IMG/VR virus record: IMGVR_UViG_3300036985_002190
Coordinates: 1 to 56,283 of that record
Direction: 5' to 3' (one strand)
From: a virus
Lineage: Duplodnaviria; Caudoviricetes
Length of the DNA: 56,283 nucleotides
In this document: positions 17,979 to 27,348 of the stretch, piece by piece
How the letters are laid out: each line of letters begins with the position of its first letter
Numbering within the stretch: the stretch's first letter is position 1
The notes under the pieces: generated by a model
The model's input: the letters and a program-made list of their open reading frames with translations, nothing else
The model's database searches: none
What the model was told of the DNA's origin: nothing
Translations under genes and position numbers: made by a program

Positions 17979-18599
17979 ATGGTGACACAAGAGCAATTAA
18001 ATACAGAGATTGATTTAGCTAAGCGAATATATCTATATTACTTCGATAAATATGCCACTCTATTAACTATAGGAAGCGATAAGTATTTATCTTGGTATAA
18101 AGATCTATGTATATTATATTTCCTATCTAAGGGCTTGAAGTCAATTAGAATAGAAGATGGCTTAATGTATATTGGAGATACTGAGATAGACGAGGATATG
18201 TACGGCAAATTCTGTTCAGATATTAGAGAATATGTAACATCTGATATTTCTGATATTGTTTATGCAGAACTAGATATTTATGGCAATATAAAAGATATAT
18301 ATAGCCCATCCACACCGCCAACCATAGTCACCTACCAAGGATTTAATAAAGAGCCAGCTGTTGCTATATTAAATATTGTCATGGACAATACAACCGCAAT
18401 AACAGTACCTTTCGATATAGCCGATATTGATACAAATAGTATAATCATAACTACAAGTATGGATGGAGATCCAATACCAATGGTTGCGCCAGAAGAGGAG
18501 GGTGTACATTTTATTGGGACGGTTATGTATTGGCATACTTATTATGAATTGAAGGCTGGGGATATTGTTAGAATAGTTTACTTATCAAACGTATCTTAA
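17979..18599 (+). CDS. Putative tail hub/fibre-attachment protein
   Basis: Helical N-domain plus C-terminal beta domain ending LKAGDIVRIVY. Confidence 0.45.
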   Translation: MVTQEQLNTEIDLAKRIYLYYFDKYATLLTIGSDKYLSWYKDLCILYFLSKGLKSIRIEDGLMYIGDTEIDEDMYGKFCSDIREYVTSDISDIVYAELDIYGNIKDIYSPSTPPTIVTYQGFNKEPAVAILNIVMDNTTAITVPFDIADIDTNSIIITTSMDGDPIPMVAPEEEGVHFIGTVMYWHTYYELKAGDIVRIVYLSNVS

Positions 18600-18600
18600 T

Positions 18601-19737
18601 ATGGAATTTAGGACTATACGACAAACATCACATATAGACGGATCCAATCGTAACCCAGGTGTTGGTGAGCACGATAAGGCAATGGTTTGGGATAACAATA
18701 CCCAGAAGGTAAAATATGTCTTAATAAATGGATTAAGCGCTAACGCTAAGACTGTTGACGGATATGTTGTAAAAGGAGATGATTCAGCTGCTGCAAATTA
18801 TATATGGAAGCTTGATGGGACTAAAAACCCTGCATGGAGATTAGAGGAGTATTTAGCATCAATTGCTAAGGTTGGAAACTCTGCTGTATTTACAATGAAT
18901 AGCGGTGGGACTAAAACATTAGCTCTTGGAGCTCTTGCATGGGAGGATACTGTGCCTAGCTCCGTATTGAGTGTTTTTGGGCGATCTGGGGCAGTTTTAG
19001 CTGTAAGTGGTGATTACACTGCTGCACAAGTAACGAATGCCCTAGATAAGCTAAATGATACCTTAGATGACATTATAGAGGGTGATACAAATAAACACTT
19101 CACTGCAACATATAAATCTGAGGTTGATGCAAATACATTAGCTAGACACACGCATTCAAATAAAGCTCAGTTAGATCTAATAACAAATGCTGGAGATGGA
19201 GTTATTCCAACTTCTGCTCAAATATATGAGTGGGATAATTATACTACTGGAGATGCTCAAAATGTAATGGACACCGTTGATTCATTTATTCAGGACAATA
19301 CTGGAATAACATGGGCATACGATGACACATTAAACACATTAACTCCAACCATAGATTTAGGAGATTTCACGGCAGACGATCTACCGGAGGGTGTTACAAA
19401 CAAATATTATAAGCAATCTGTATATACATTTACGCTTCCTGCTGCATCAACAGTTGCTGGAAGGTGTTCTGGCACAATAGTTAGAGGTGATGGAACAGCT
19501 ACATGGACGATTGCTGTAGACACTAATCCAATAGACCTATTGATAACGCATGGAACCAATAGGGATGTTGTAAATGTATCTATATTTGCAATTACAACAG
19601 AGGGCAATAGACTTCTTCTTAATAATGCTGCATACTCTGGAGTTATATCACCAATAGCAGATCCACAAAATACAATTAGAATAGAAAGTTTAGCAACAAT
19701 AGAATTACCAATTATAGTTAATATAACGCTTTCTTAA
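18601..19737 (+). CDS. Tail fibre-like protein
   Basis: Fibre shaft motifs VLSVFGRSGAV, HTHSNKAQLD, DDIIEGDTNKHF and DDLPEGVTNKYY. Confidence 0.75.
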   Translation: MEFRTIRQTSHIDGSNRNPGVGEHDKAMVWDNNTQKVKYVLINGLSANAKTVDGYVVKGDDSAAANYIWKLDGTKNPAWRLEEYLASIAKVGNSAVFTMNSGGTKTLALGALAWEDTVPSSVLSVFGRSGAVLAVSGDYTAAQVTNALDKLNDTLDDIIEGDTNKHFTATYKSEVDANTLARHTHSNKAQLDLITNAGDGVIPTSAQIYEWDNYTTGDAQNVMDTVDSFIQDNTGITWAYDDTLNTLTPTIDLGDFTADDLPEGVTNKYYKQSVYTFTLPAASTVAGRCSGTIVRGDGTATWTIAVDTNPIDLLITHGTNRDVVNVSIFAITTEGNRLLLNNAAYSGVISPIADPQNTIRIESLATIELPIIVNITLS

Positions 19738-20417
19738 TGGATTCAACTAGATATTTAAATTCTGTTGCATGGAGAACGTATTCAAAAAATGTAATACTAC
19801 TCTCACTAGAAACGCTATCTAATCCAGCTACGTATAGAATAACTATATCTCCGATTGATATAAATGAGCCAGGAGCTGCTGGTTTTGATGTAGAAATTGG
19901 ATATTTTTATAAAGACTATATTGGTCATACATATTCAATAATTGCAAAATCATCTACAACTATAGATATATCTGATGATTTCAGATGTGGTCAAGGGCCG
20001 CAGTCTGGATTGCAAGGTATTGTTTATAGATCTGTTTGGAGAGGTAGATCCCCATATTTAGCCCCAGTATATTATAGGCACTTAGATAAGGTTGCTATTG
20101 ATTATAGTAGACAAATTGAACAAGATATATTGTGGAGTAATGATCCAAACACTAGAAGAATAGATTTTCTAAATATATCACAACCTTCAATATCAGATTA
20201 TCAGGATGATAAAACAGATGGCGATGGAGTGTGGTACAATCTGCAACACGATTATGGCGATAATCCAAAGCTAGAGGTTTGGCAAGAAACAGCTTCTGGC
20301 GTTTATTCGAGACTGCCTGTTGATCTACAAATAACTAGAGCTGGCGGACTGATACAATCAGTATTGTTTAGCGGCACTGGAGAGGATATATCTGGATATA
20401 TTTTAATATCAAAATAA
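19737..20417 (+). CDS. Hypothetical protein in the fibre block
   Basis: 226-aa ORF coupled by TAATG; C-terminal motif HDYGDNPKLEVW...SGYILIS. Confidence 0.7.
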   Translation: MDSTRYLNSVAWRTYSKNVILLSLETLSNPATYRITISPIDINEPGAAGFDVEIGYFYKDYIGHTYSIIAKSSTTIDISDDFRCGQGPQSGLQGIVYRSVWRGRSPYLAPVYYRHLDKVAIDYSRQIEQDILWSNDPNTRRIDFLNISQPSISDYQDDKTDGDGVWYNLQHDYGDNPKLEVWQETASGVYSRLPVDLQITRAGGLIQSVLFSGTGEDISGYILISK

Positions 20418-20418
20418 T

Positions 20419-23013
20419 ATGAAAAAGATACTTTTTATAATTATTACCATCTCGTTGACATTAACGACATGGTTAAATGCTCAAGATGTTACTCCGCTGC
20501 CATCATTAACTATAAAGAAATTAATTTCTCCAAATAATCCAGTGTATTATTATAATACAGCTGATAGTGCGTTTTGGGTATTTAAAGGAGAGACTGGGTG
20601 GCTTAGATTAGCTGCAAATTATCAGTTACAAAAATACTACGTACCATATGATAACGCATGGAAGAATGTACACTTAGGAGATAATACAATAAAATCAATC
20701 TCATTTATTTTAGATACTACATACGTTCATACAGGATTAGAAGAGAAAGGTACGTTAGCTTGGGATTCTGCTACCCAATCAATGGAGACTCATATAGCAG
20801 ATGATCTACATCTAAATAATGGAGAGGAGCTGTGGGTTCCATTGTGCTATAATAATAGTGGTTCCACCATCTTAAATGGGCAGCCTGTTTATATTGACGA
20901 TGCTTATGGTAATAGTCCTACGATTATGTTGGCATCAAATATTACTTATGATGAATCCAGATTAATAGGAGTAGCAACTCAAGATATACCAACTAGCTCT
21001 TATGGGAGGGTAACTAGATTTGGATACGTAAATGATATTAATTTATCTTCATGCAGTCCCGGAAACAACGTCTATTTAGGAGACAAAGTATTAACTCACA
21101 CACGACCCACTGGAGGACTGTTTCCTGTAGTTATTGGTAAGGCTATAACTTGCAGCACAAATGGTAGATTGCTTGTTTACCCTCAATCAGTGGAATATAC
21201 ATCAGAAGTTAATAGAGCTGATGGGTGGGTTTCATATTTGCAGGGAGATCAAACAAATCTATCTTTTTCTAATGCGTCAAGAATCTTAACAATAACCCCA
21301 ACAGCTTCTACTTTTTATTTTTATCAATCTGGAGTTAAATATATAAAAACTGGAGCTCAGTCATTCCAGATAACTGATGTTGAAGGAATACATTTGATTT
21401 ACTATGATTTGGGAGTATTATACGAATCTGTAAATCCCTCGAGTGATCAGACATTAAATATTATAAGAAATTCAGTTATGATATCTGTAGTTTATTGGGA
21501 CTTTACAAATAAAGCTTCTATCTATGTTTCTAATGAAAGGCACACATTTCATTGGCCTTCATGGGTTCATGCTTATGCTCATATTTCATTTGGCACACAA
21601 TATCAATCAGGACTTGGAATTACTAACATAACATTGGGGACTGGAAGCTCAAATGCAGACGCTCGGTTCGGTGTTGATTCTGGAAGCATATCAGATGAAG
21701 ACATTATAACTACTACAAGTGCAGTTCCAAGTACCGCCGGAATACCAATCTATTATAGATTAGGGGCAGGATTGGGTACTTGGCGTAGAGTTGTAAGAGC
21801 TGGTTATGTTTTTTTAAATGACCCTACAACTACATTGGCAATGTACAACCTATATTCTGGTGGAACATGGTCAATTGCATCCATGACAAACAATTATTAT
21901 AGGTTAGTCCATGTATTTGCTACGAATGATATTAGTGTGGCAAATGGCGTTATAGCAATGTCTGGGGTGGCTCAATACTCCTCCGCAGCAGCAGCAGAAC
22001 TTGCAGCAGCAGCAGAAATAGCAAATATTTATAACAGTAATTTACCTTTCGCTGAAGTAAAACATATTGGTAGTTTGATCCTGCATTCTAAAACAGGTTT
22101 AGGAAACTCTGTTAATGCAAGATACGTAGCGATACCTTCACAGCCAACTGGAAGTAATTATTACATGGACTTTAGAAAATCTACGCCACTCGGTACTGGT
22201 GGAGGAGGCTCTGGAGCAACAAGTTTTCTTGGCTTAAGTGATACGCCTACTTCATACGCAGGACAAACAAATAAAATAGTTGGGGTCAGCAGTGGAGAGA
22301 CAGGGGTCGAATTTAAGGCTGCAACAGCCACCTCTGCTGGAACAATAAATATTCCTACAGGTCAACAATATCAAATAAATGGAGGTTCTATTATTGTTGA
22401 TGCGATTAATGATGGCGTGACAACAACTGCATCAAGCCAGAATGCTATTTATGATGCATTAGCGCTAAAAGCACCTATCAGCGGCTCTGGTAATTATATT
22501 CAGAATCAGAATGCAAGTGCTCAGAGCGCCACTATGTGGATTACCGGAGTTATAAAAACTGATACATTGGTAGGTACAGGAACACGAATAGTAACTACTG
22601 ATAGTGATGGAATACTTGGAGCTGCCGACAATGGTATTGGTGCACTTATAAATGATGGCAGTGGGAATATATCATATTGGAATTACAATACTCAATCCCT
22701 ATCTGGAACGACTCCAACTTGGAATGTTGTAAATGGATTAAACGCAATTATCACACTATCTGGGAATACTGCAATAACATTAACTAATTTGGCAGTTGGT
22801 ATGACAGGGAAGATTTCTATTACAAATCCAGCAACAGCTTACAAAATAAAATTTGTAGGCGTTACTGCCGAAATAAAAGGGGTTAATCTAGCAATTGATT
22901 CGAATGGAATAACCTTTTCTGGTAGCTCGAAATATGATACCATGACTTGGACTTGGAATGGAACAATACTTGAAGTTCATGTAAACAAAGAATATACAGT
23001 AATTACTTGGTAA
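20419..23013 (+). CDS. Tail fibre-like protein with N-terminal Sec signal peptide
   Basis: MKKILFIIITISLTLTTWLNA|Q; NNSGSTILNGQPVY...IGVATQDI; FLGLSDTPTSYAGQ; SQNAIYDAL. Confidence 0.7.
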   Translation: MKKILFIIITISLTLTTWLNAQDVTPLPSLTIKKLISPNNPVYYYNTADSAFWVFKGETGWLRLAANYQLQKYYVPYDNAWKNVHLGDNTIKSISFILDTTYVHTGLEEKGTLAWDSATQSMETHIADDLHLNNGEELWVPLCYNNSGSTILNGQPVYIDDAYGNSPTIMLASNITYDESRLIGVATQDIPTSSYGRVTRFGYVNDINLSSCSPGNNVYLGDKVLTHTRPTGGLFPVVIGKAITCSTNGRLLVYPQSVEYTSEVNRADGWVSYLQGDQTNLSFSNASRILTITPTASTFYFYQSGVKYIKTGAQSFQITDVEGIHLIYYDLGVLYESVNPSSDQTLNIIRNSVMISVVYWDFTNKASIYVSNERHTFHWPSWVHAYAHISFGTQYQSGLGITNITLGTGSSNADARFGVDSGSISDEDIITTTSAVPSTAGIPIYYRLGAGLGTWRRVVRAGYVFLNDPTTTLAMYNLYSGGTWSIASMTNNYYRLVHVFATNDISVANGVIAMSGVAQYSSAAAAELAAAAEIANIYNSNLPFAEVKHIGSLILHSKTGLGNSVNARYVAIPSQPTGSNYYMDFRKSTPLGTGGGGSGATSFLGLSDTPTSYAGQTNKIVGVSSGETGVEFKAATATSAGTINIPTGQQYQINGGSIIVDAINDGVTTTASSQNAIYDALALKAPISGSGNYIQNQNASAQSATMWITGVIKTDTLVGTGTRIVTTDSDGILGAADNGIGALINDGSGNISYWNYNTQSLSGTTPTWNVVNGLNAIITLSGNTAITLTNLAVGMTGKISITNPATAYKIKFVGVTAEIKGVNLAIDSNGITFSGSSKYDTMTWTWNGTILEVHVNKEYTVITW

Positions 23014-23014
23014 T

Positions 23015-25201
23015 ATGAAAAAGGTTATAACAATAATACTATTAATATTAATTTCAATCTCAAGTAAGGCACAATTAGATTGGTTCATGAGCTATCCTAT
23101 GGCTGAGACTGAAGTTAGAATAAACTCATACAATTCAGACTATGCTTACTGTTATTATGATTTTAACTGTGAAGTAATAACTGGTGAAGGTGTTAGTGAA
23201 AGAGGAATTTGTTCAGCAGAATCTCCTAATCCAACCATTGCATTAAATAAAATTGCATCTGGCAGCGGTAGTGGAACTTATACTGTACATCCTTATTTGC
23301 TAGAGCAGAAAACTATATACTATGTAAGAGCTTACGCAATAGTGCCATCAGGTGTAGTATATAGTGACCAAGTTGTTTTAACAACAAATACTGGCATAGG
23401 TATCTCTAGTGTTATTACATCATTGACATCAACAACAGCTTCTATTGATTTTTCAATTATAGATAATGATAATTTAATATCAAGAAAAGAATTGATATAT
23501 AGTGTTGTAGGAAATCCTTCGGGGGCAGTAATCCTTGAAATTAATAATGACAATACTAGTGGAACGTTTAATCTGACAGGACTTACAGCGTCAACAGACT
23601 ACCAATATTTTGTGTATGTATATATGTATAATGATTGTGGTGAGGCTTCTACTGACTATGTATATTTCACAACTCCATCTGCAAGTACTATTCCAACTGT
23701 ATCTACAAAAGATGTACTGTACGCATCTTCAACAAGTGCAACCACCGGTGGAATAGTTTCTTCGGATGGTGGAGCAAGCATTACTGCTAGAGGTGTATGT
23801 TGGAATACAGGAGGAAGTCCAACTACTGCAAATAGCAAAACAATAAATGGTAGTGGAACTGGAAGTTTCAACAGTACCATGTCTGGATTATCTTATGGAA
23901 CTAGTTATTATGTAAGAGCCTATGCAACCAATTCTAATGGGACTGCTTATGGAGATGAGAAATTTTATGTTGGAGCACAATTGCCAACTGTATCAATATA
24001 TGCAACTAGCGAAGTTACAGCGACATCGGCAAAGGCTTCATGTGTTATAGACGATAGGGGAGGTGCTGCGCTTAGTGATAAAGGTATTGTTTGGAGTACG
24101 TCAACAGCACCCACACTTGCAAATAGTCATTATTCAAATGGTAGTGGTGGTTTATCTTATGAGGGGTATGAAAGTATTTTATCCGGATTAAGTCCAAATA
24201 CCACATATTATATTAGACCATACGCTACAAATATCGCTGGAACGTACTATGGAAATGAAGTTACAATATATACAGCAGAAAATGATCCACCAACTTTATC
24301 AACAGTTCCAGCTAGCGCCATATCCACTTGGGCTGCTGTATCGGGTGGTTTTATTTCAGATTCAGGATCAACAGCTATAACCGCAGTAGGAGTATGCTAT
24401 GCAACATCTCAGAACCCAACAACAGCCAACTCCACAGTCCCTCATGATATTTTGCAAACAGGAGGATTCAGCTCTGTGATAACAGGACTTTCACAAAATA
24501 CAACTTATTATGTACGTGCTTATGCTACAAACAGTGGTGGAACTAGCTATGGGAATCAAATTAGTTTTACAACTGCTAGTTCGTGTGTATTACCAACTGT
24601 AACCACAAATTATATTTCAAATGTCACAGAATCAAGTGCAACAAGTGGTGGATCAATAACATCTGATGGTGGCTGCTCTATTACAGACAAAGGAGTATGT
24701 TGGAGCACATCTCCAAATCCAACAATTTCAAACTCACATACAAATGACGGCAGTGGAACTGGAAGTTTTTCAAGTTCAATAACTGGATTAAGCTGTGGTA
24801 GCACTTACTATGTCAGGGCATATGCAATAAATAGTGTTGGAGTTGCTTATGGAAGTAATGTTAGCTTTTCAACTGGTAGCCAGCAAAATATAGATAATTA
24901 TTTATATTATTTGGTAACAGTAACGGTTGCTGGAGGACAGGTTTATTCTGGATACACTTTAACCGACGCTCAGAATATGTGCTTTTATTTAAGTGACGAA
25001 TCATATTTAACGGCATCTTCTTCGGCATATATGACAATAGGGATTCCATCTGAGGGGAAATATGTATATGCAATAAGCAATTACTGTCCATATCTTATAA
25101 CTAGATATATTGTATGGAGACCAGATTATCCCGCACGAACAAATACTAAAATAATACATATAGTTAATGGTCTAATTGAATCTATAACACCATGTCCATA
25201 A
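23015..25201 (+). CDS. Fibronectin type III repeat protein with Sec signal peptide
   Basis: MKKVITIILLILISISSKA|Q; about 6 repeats, five with Y(V/I)R(A/P)YA, most with G(V/I)C/VW...PT and T.YG. Confidence 0.85.
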   Translation: MKKVITIILLILISISSKAQLDWFMSYPMAETEVRINSYNSDYAYCYYDFNCEVITGEGVSERGICSAESPNPTIALNKIASGSGSGTYTVHPYLLEQKTIYYVRAYAIVPSGVVYSDQVVLTTNTGIGISSVITSLTSTTASIDFSIIDNDNLISRKELIYSVVGNPSGAVILEINNDNTSGTFNLTGLTASTDYQYFVYVYMYNDCGEASTDYVYFTTPSASTIPTVSTKDVLYASSTSATTGGIVSSDGGASITARGVCWNTGGSPTTANSKTINGSGTGSFNSTMSGLSYGTSYYVRAYATNSNGTAYGDEKFYVGAQLPTVSIYATSEVTATSAKASCVIDDRGGAALSDKGIVWSTSTAPTLANSHYSNGSGGLSYEGYESILSGLSPNTTYYIRPYATNIAGTYYGNEVTIYTAENDPPTLSTVPASAISTWAAVSGGFISDSGSTAITAVGVCYATSQNPTTANSTVPHDILQTGGFSSVITGLSQNTTYYVRAYATNSGGTSYGNQISFTTASSCVLPTVTTNYISNVTESSATSGGSITSDGGCSITDKGVCWSTSPNPTISNSHTNDGSGTGSFSSSITGLSCGSTYYVRAYAINSVGVAYGSNVSFSTGSQQNIDNYLYYLVTVTVAGGQVYSGYTLTDAQNMCFYLSDESYLTASSSAYMTIGIPSEGKYVYAISNYCPYLITRYIVWRPDYPARTNTKIIHIVNGLIESITPCP

Positions 25202-25216
25202 TATGAAACTATCTGA

Positions 25217-25247
25217 TTTGACAATTAAAATAAATATCGTACCTTTG
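25217..25247 (+). promoter_or_regulatory. Bacteroidota promoter for the lysis unit
   Basis: TTTG (25217-25220), 19-nt spacer, TACCTTTG (25240-25247). Confidence 0.75.
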
Positions 25248-25321
25248 TTGAAATTATTGCTAATAAAAAAGCAACGAGCAAGGTTACATGAATATTATTA
25301 TTCACTTATAAATAAATTAAA

Positions 25322-25762
25322 ATGAGTAACGCTGGTTATTTGACTGAGAAAAGAGAGGAAACTATTGCTAAGTTTTTAGATGCTTCTATTGACTTTGGCA
25401 GTTTGCTAAAAGATCAAAAGAAAATTCTAGGGATATTTAATTTAGGTAATTTCTTAGAGCGCAATGATCGCAAGATTTTTAAGACTATGCTTGCAATTCT
25501 TGACGATAAAGTTATTGGAGCAAATCCAAATCAAGAAATTAAAGATTCAATTGATAAAGCATTATCATTCTTAGAAAATGGAGATGTTGTTGGATTCGAC
25601 AATTATGTTGCAGGAGTCTTAGAGAATGTAATTGAAACTCCATTTGGAGTTATTGAGCGACAGATATTTTTATCTGTATTAATGATGTTTAATGGTCTTA
25701 TTGCAAAGGCTCTAGTTAAAATAGAAGCCAAAATTAATGAGGCTGATTTAGAAGTAAATTAA
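25322..25762 (+). CDS. Helical hypothetical protein
   Basis: 146-aa ORF after promoter and AT-rich leader. Confidence 0.75.
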   Translation: MSNAGYLTEKREETIAKFLDASIDFGSLLKDQKKILGIFNLGNFLERNDRKIFKTMLAILDDKVIGANPNQEIKDSIDKALSFLENGDVVGFDNYVAGVLENVIETPFGVIERQIFLSVLMMFNGLIAKALVKIEAKINEADLEVN

Positions 25763-25777
25763 TTTAAAACTAAAGTT

Positions 25778-25924
25778 ATGCAATTTATTCAGGAAAATTG
25801 GATTGCTATCTTAGCTGTCCTTGGAAGTATTTCAGAGGGATTGTCTTTAATCCCAGCTGTTAAGGCTAACGGTATTTTTCAGTTATTGGAGGGATTATTG
25901 AAATCTCTTACTGGAAAGAAATAA
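25778..25924 (+). CDS. Putative small holin, 48 aa
   Basis: MQFIQENWIAILAVLGSISEGLSLIPAVKANGIFQLLEGLLKSLTGKK: hydrophobic, basic C-terminus, directly upstream of the endolysin; absent from the ORF track. Confidence 0.65.
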   Translation: MQFIQENWIAILAVLGSISEGLSLIPAVKANGIFQLLEGLLKSLTGKK

Positions 25925-25934
25925 TTTAAATTAT

Positions 25935-25960
25935 ATGGGAGATTAATTTCTCCCATTTTA
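25935..25960 (+). terminator. Hairpin/terminator between holin and endolysin
   Basis: ATGGGAGA-ttaatt-TCTCCCAT plus TTT. Confidence 0.6.
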
Positions 25961-25973
25961 ACTTCCTTCAATT

Positions 25974-26468
25974 ATGAATAGAAATAAACTAATTGATCAG
26001 CTAATAATTGATGAGGGATTAAAATTATTCCCATATAAATGCAGTGCTGGATATTTAACAATTGGTGTTGGTCGAAATCTGATTACAAATTGGTTTTCAA
26101 ACGAAGAGCTAGACGAACTTAAAATTTACGATGATCTTCCAACTTTTATTATATCGAAATTAAAGCAAACTGGAATAACTAAAGATCAGGCTATATATTT
26201 ATTAAATAATGATATAGACTCCGTTATGTCTCAATTGAAATCGAGTCTATCATGGTTCGAGTCCGCTCCAGATGAAGTTCAAGATGTATTAATTAATATG
26301 TGTTTCAATCTTGGCATTGGAACATTATTAACATTCAAGAATACATTAAGATTAATCAAGGATGGTAAATATAATGAAGCCTCTATTGAAATGCTTAAAA
26401 GTAAGTGGCATAAAGATGTTGGCAAGAGAGCAGAAAGGTTAAGTGAAAAATTAAAATCAATAAATTAA
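25974..26468 (+). CDS. Endolysin, T4-lysozyme-like (GH24) muramidase
   Basis: DEGLKL.PYKC.AGYLTIGVGRN; LINMCFNLG; SKWHKDVGKRAERL. Confidence 0.9.
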   Translation: MNRNKLIDQLIIDEGLKLFPYKCSAGYLTIGVGRNLITNWFSNEELDELKIYDDLPTFIISKLKQTGITKDQAIYLLNNDIDSVMSQLKSSLSWFESAPDEVQDVLINMCFNLGIGTLLTFKNTLRLIKDGKYNEASIEMLKSKWHKDVGKRAERLSEKLKSIN

Positions 26469-26490
26469 TAAATAATATGAAAGTTGTAAT

Positions 26491-27252
26491 ATGATCGGAA
26501 TATACAAAATTACATCTCCAAAAGGAAGAGTATATATTGGTCAAAGCGTTAATATTAAGAAAAGATTTAGTAGTTATTTTAATTTAAGATGCATAAGACA
26601 ACCAAGATTATATAATTCATTTTTAAAATACGGTGTATTAAATCATAATTTTTCAATAATATGTGAATGTGGTAGAGATCAATTGAATCTACTTGAAAGA
26701 CACTATCAAGATAAATATAACGTAATGTCTAGGAATGGATTAAATTGTATGCTTACAGATTCTGGCGAAAAACAAAGAGTTCTGTCTGAAAAAACAAAAG
26801 AAAAATTAAGGGGGTTGAGGAAGGGTGTTAGATTATCTGATGAAACCAAGAGAAAAATTGGTCTCTCAGGTAAAGGTAGAAAAAACACAGATGAATCAAA
26901 AAAGAAAATGAGTGAAGCTGTTATTGGTAGAAGACACACTCCAGAGGCTATTGCGAGAATGAGAGTTGCAAAAGTCAAACAATGGGAAGAGTGGAGGTTG
27001 AGACGGGATGTTAAGCTTAAAAATAATTTAAAATTAAAATTTATGAGTGAAATTAAAGAAGAGAAAAAAGTAGAGACTGTAGAGAAAGTAGAGTTGTGCG
27101 CGATTGAGCGTAATGTAGTAATCAATAGACTTCAAAAGCTATACGAAGCGAATAAAGATGTCTTCGAAGAGTATGATATGCTGCTTAAAGTATTGAATAC
27201 TCAGGTAAATATTGTTGACGAGAGTGATTCTAAAACTGAGGAATCTAACTAA
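26491..27252 (+). CDS. GIY-YIG/NUMOD3 homing endonuclease, in frame with a downstream 69-aa acidic ORF (ATG 27043)
   Basis: GIYKIT...VYIGQS.NI..R; NUMOD3 repeats SEKTKEKLR, SDETKRKIG, TDESKKKMS, HTPEAIARMR. Confidence 0.85.
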   Translation: MIGIYKITSPKGRVYIGQSVNIKKRFSSYFNLRCIRQPRLYNSFLKYGVLNHNFSIICECGRDQLNLLERHYQDKYNVMSRNGLNCMLTDSGEKQRVLSEKTKEKLRGLRKGVRLSDETKRKIGLSGKGRKNTDESKKKMSEAVIGRRHTPEAIARMRVAKVKQWEEWRLRRDVKLKNNLKLKFMSEIKEEKKVETVEKVELCAIERNVVINRLQKLYEANKDVFEEYDMLLKVLNTQVNIVDESDSKTEESN

Positions 27253-27262
27253 TTTACAAAAT

Positions 27263-27315
27263 AGCCATGTACTCCCCTTGGACTCACCTCCAAAATGTAT
27301 GTGGCATATTTTTTT
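27263..27315 (+). terminator. Possible terminator
   Basis: GCCATGTAC...GTATGTGGC (two G-U pairs, large loop) followed by T7. Confidence 0.4.
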
Positions 27316-27348
27316 ATAATGATAATGTATTAATTTTGTAGAGGAATT

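Noticed and set aside
23650-24870. CRISPR array or DNA tandem repeat
   Set aside because: The similarity is codon-level FN3 protein repetition (~290-nt period), with no identical repeats separated by spacers.
2671-27270. TAGCCAT as a phage-specific late promoter (about 2673 and 27262)
   Set aside because: Only two clear intergenic copies with no extended consensus; cannot be separated from chance.
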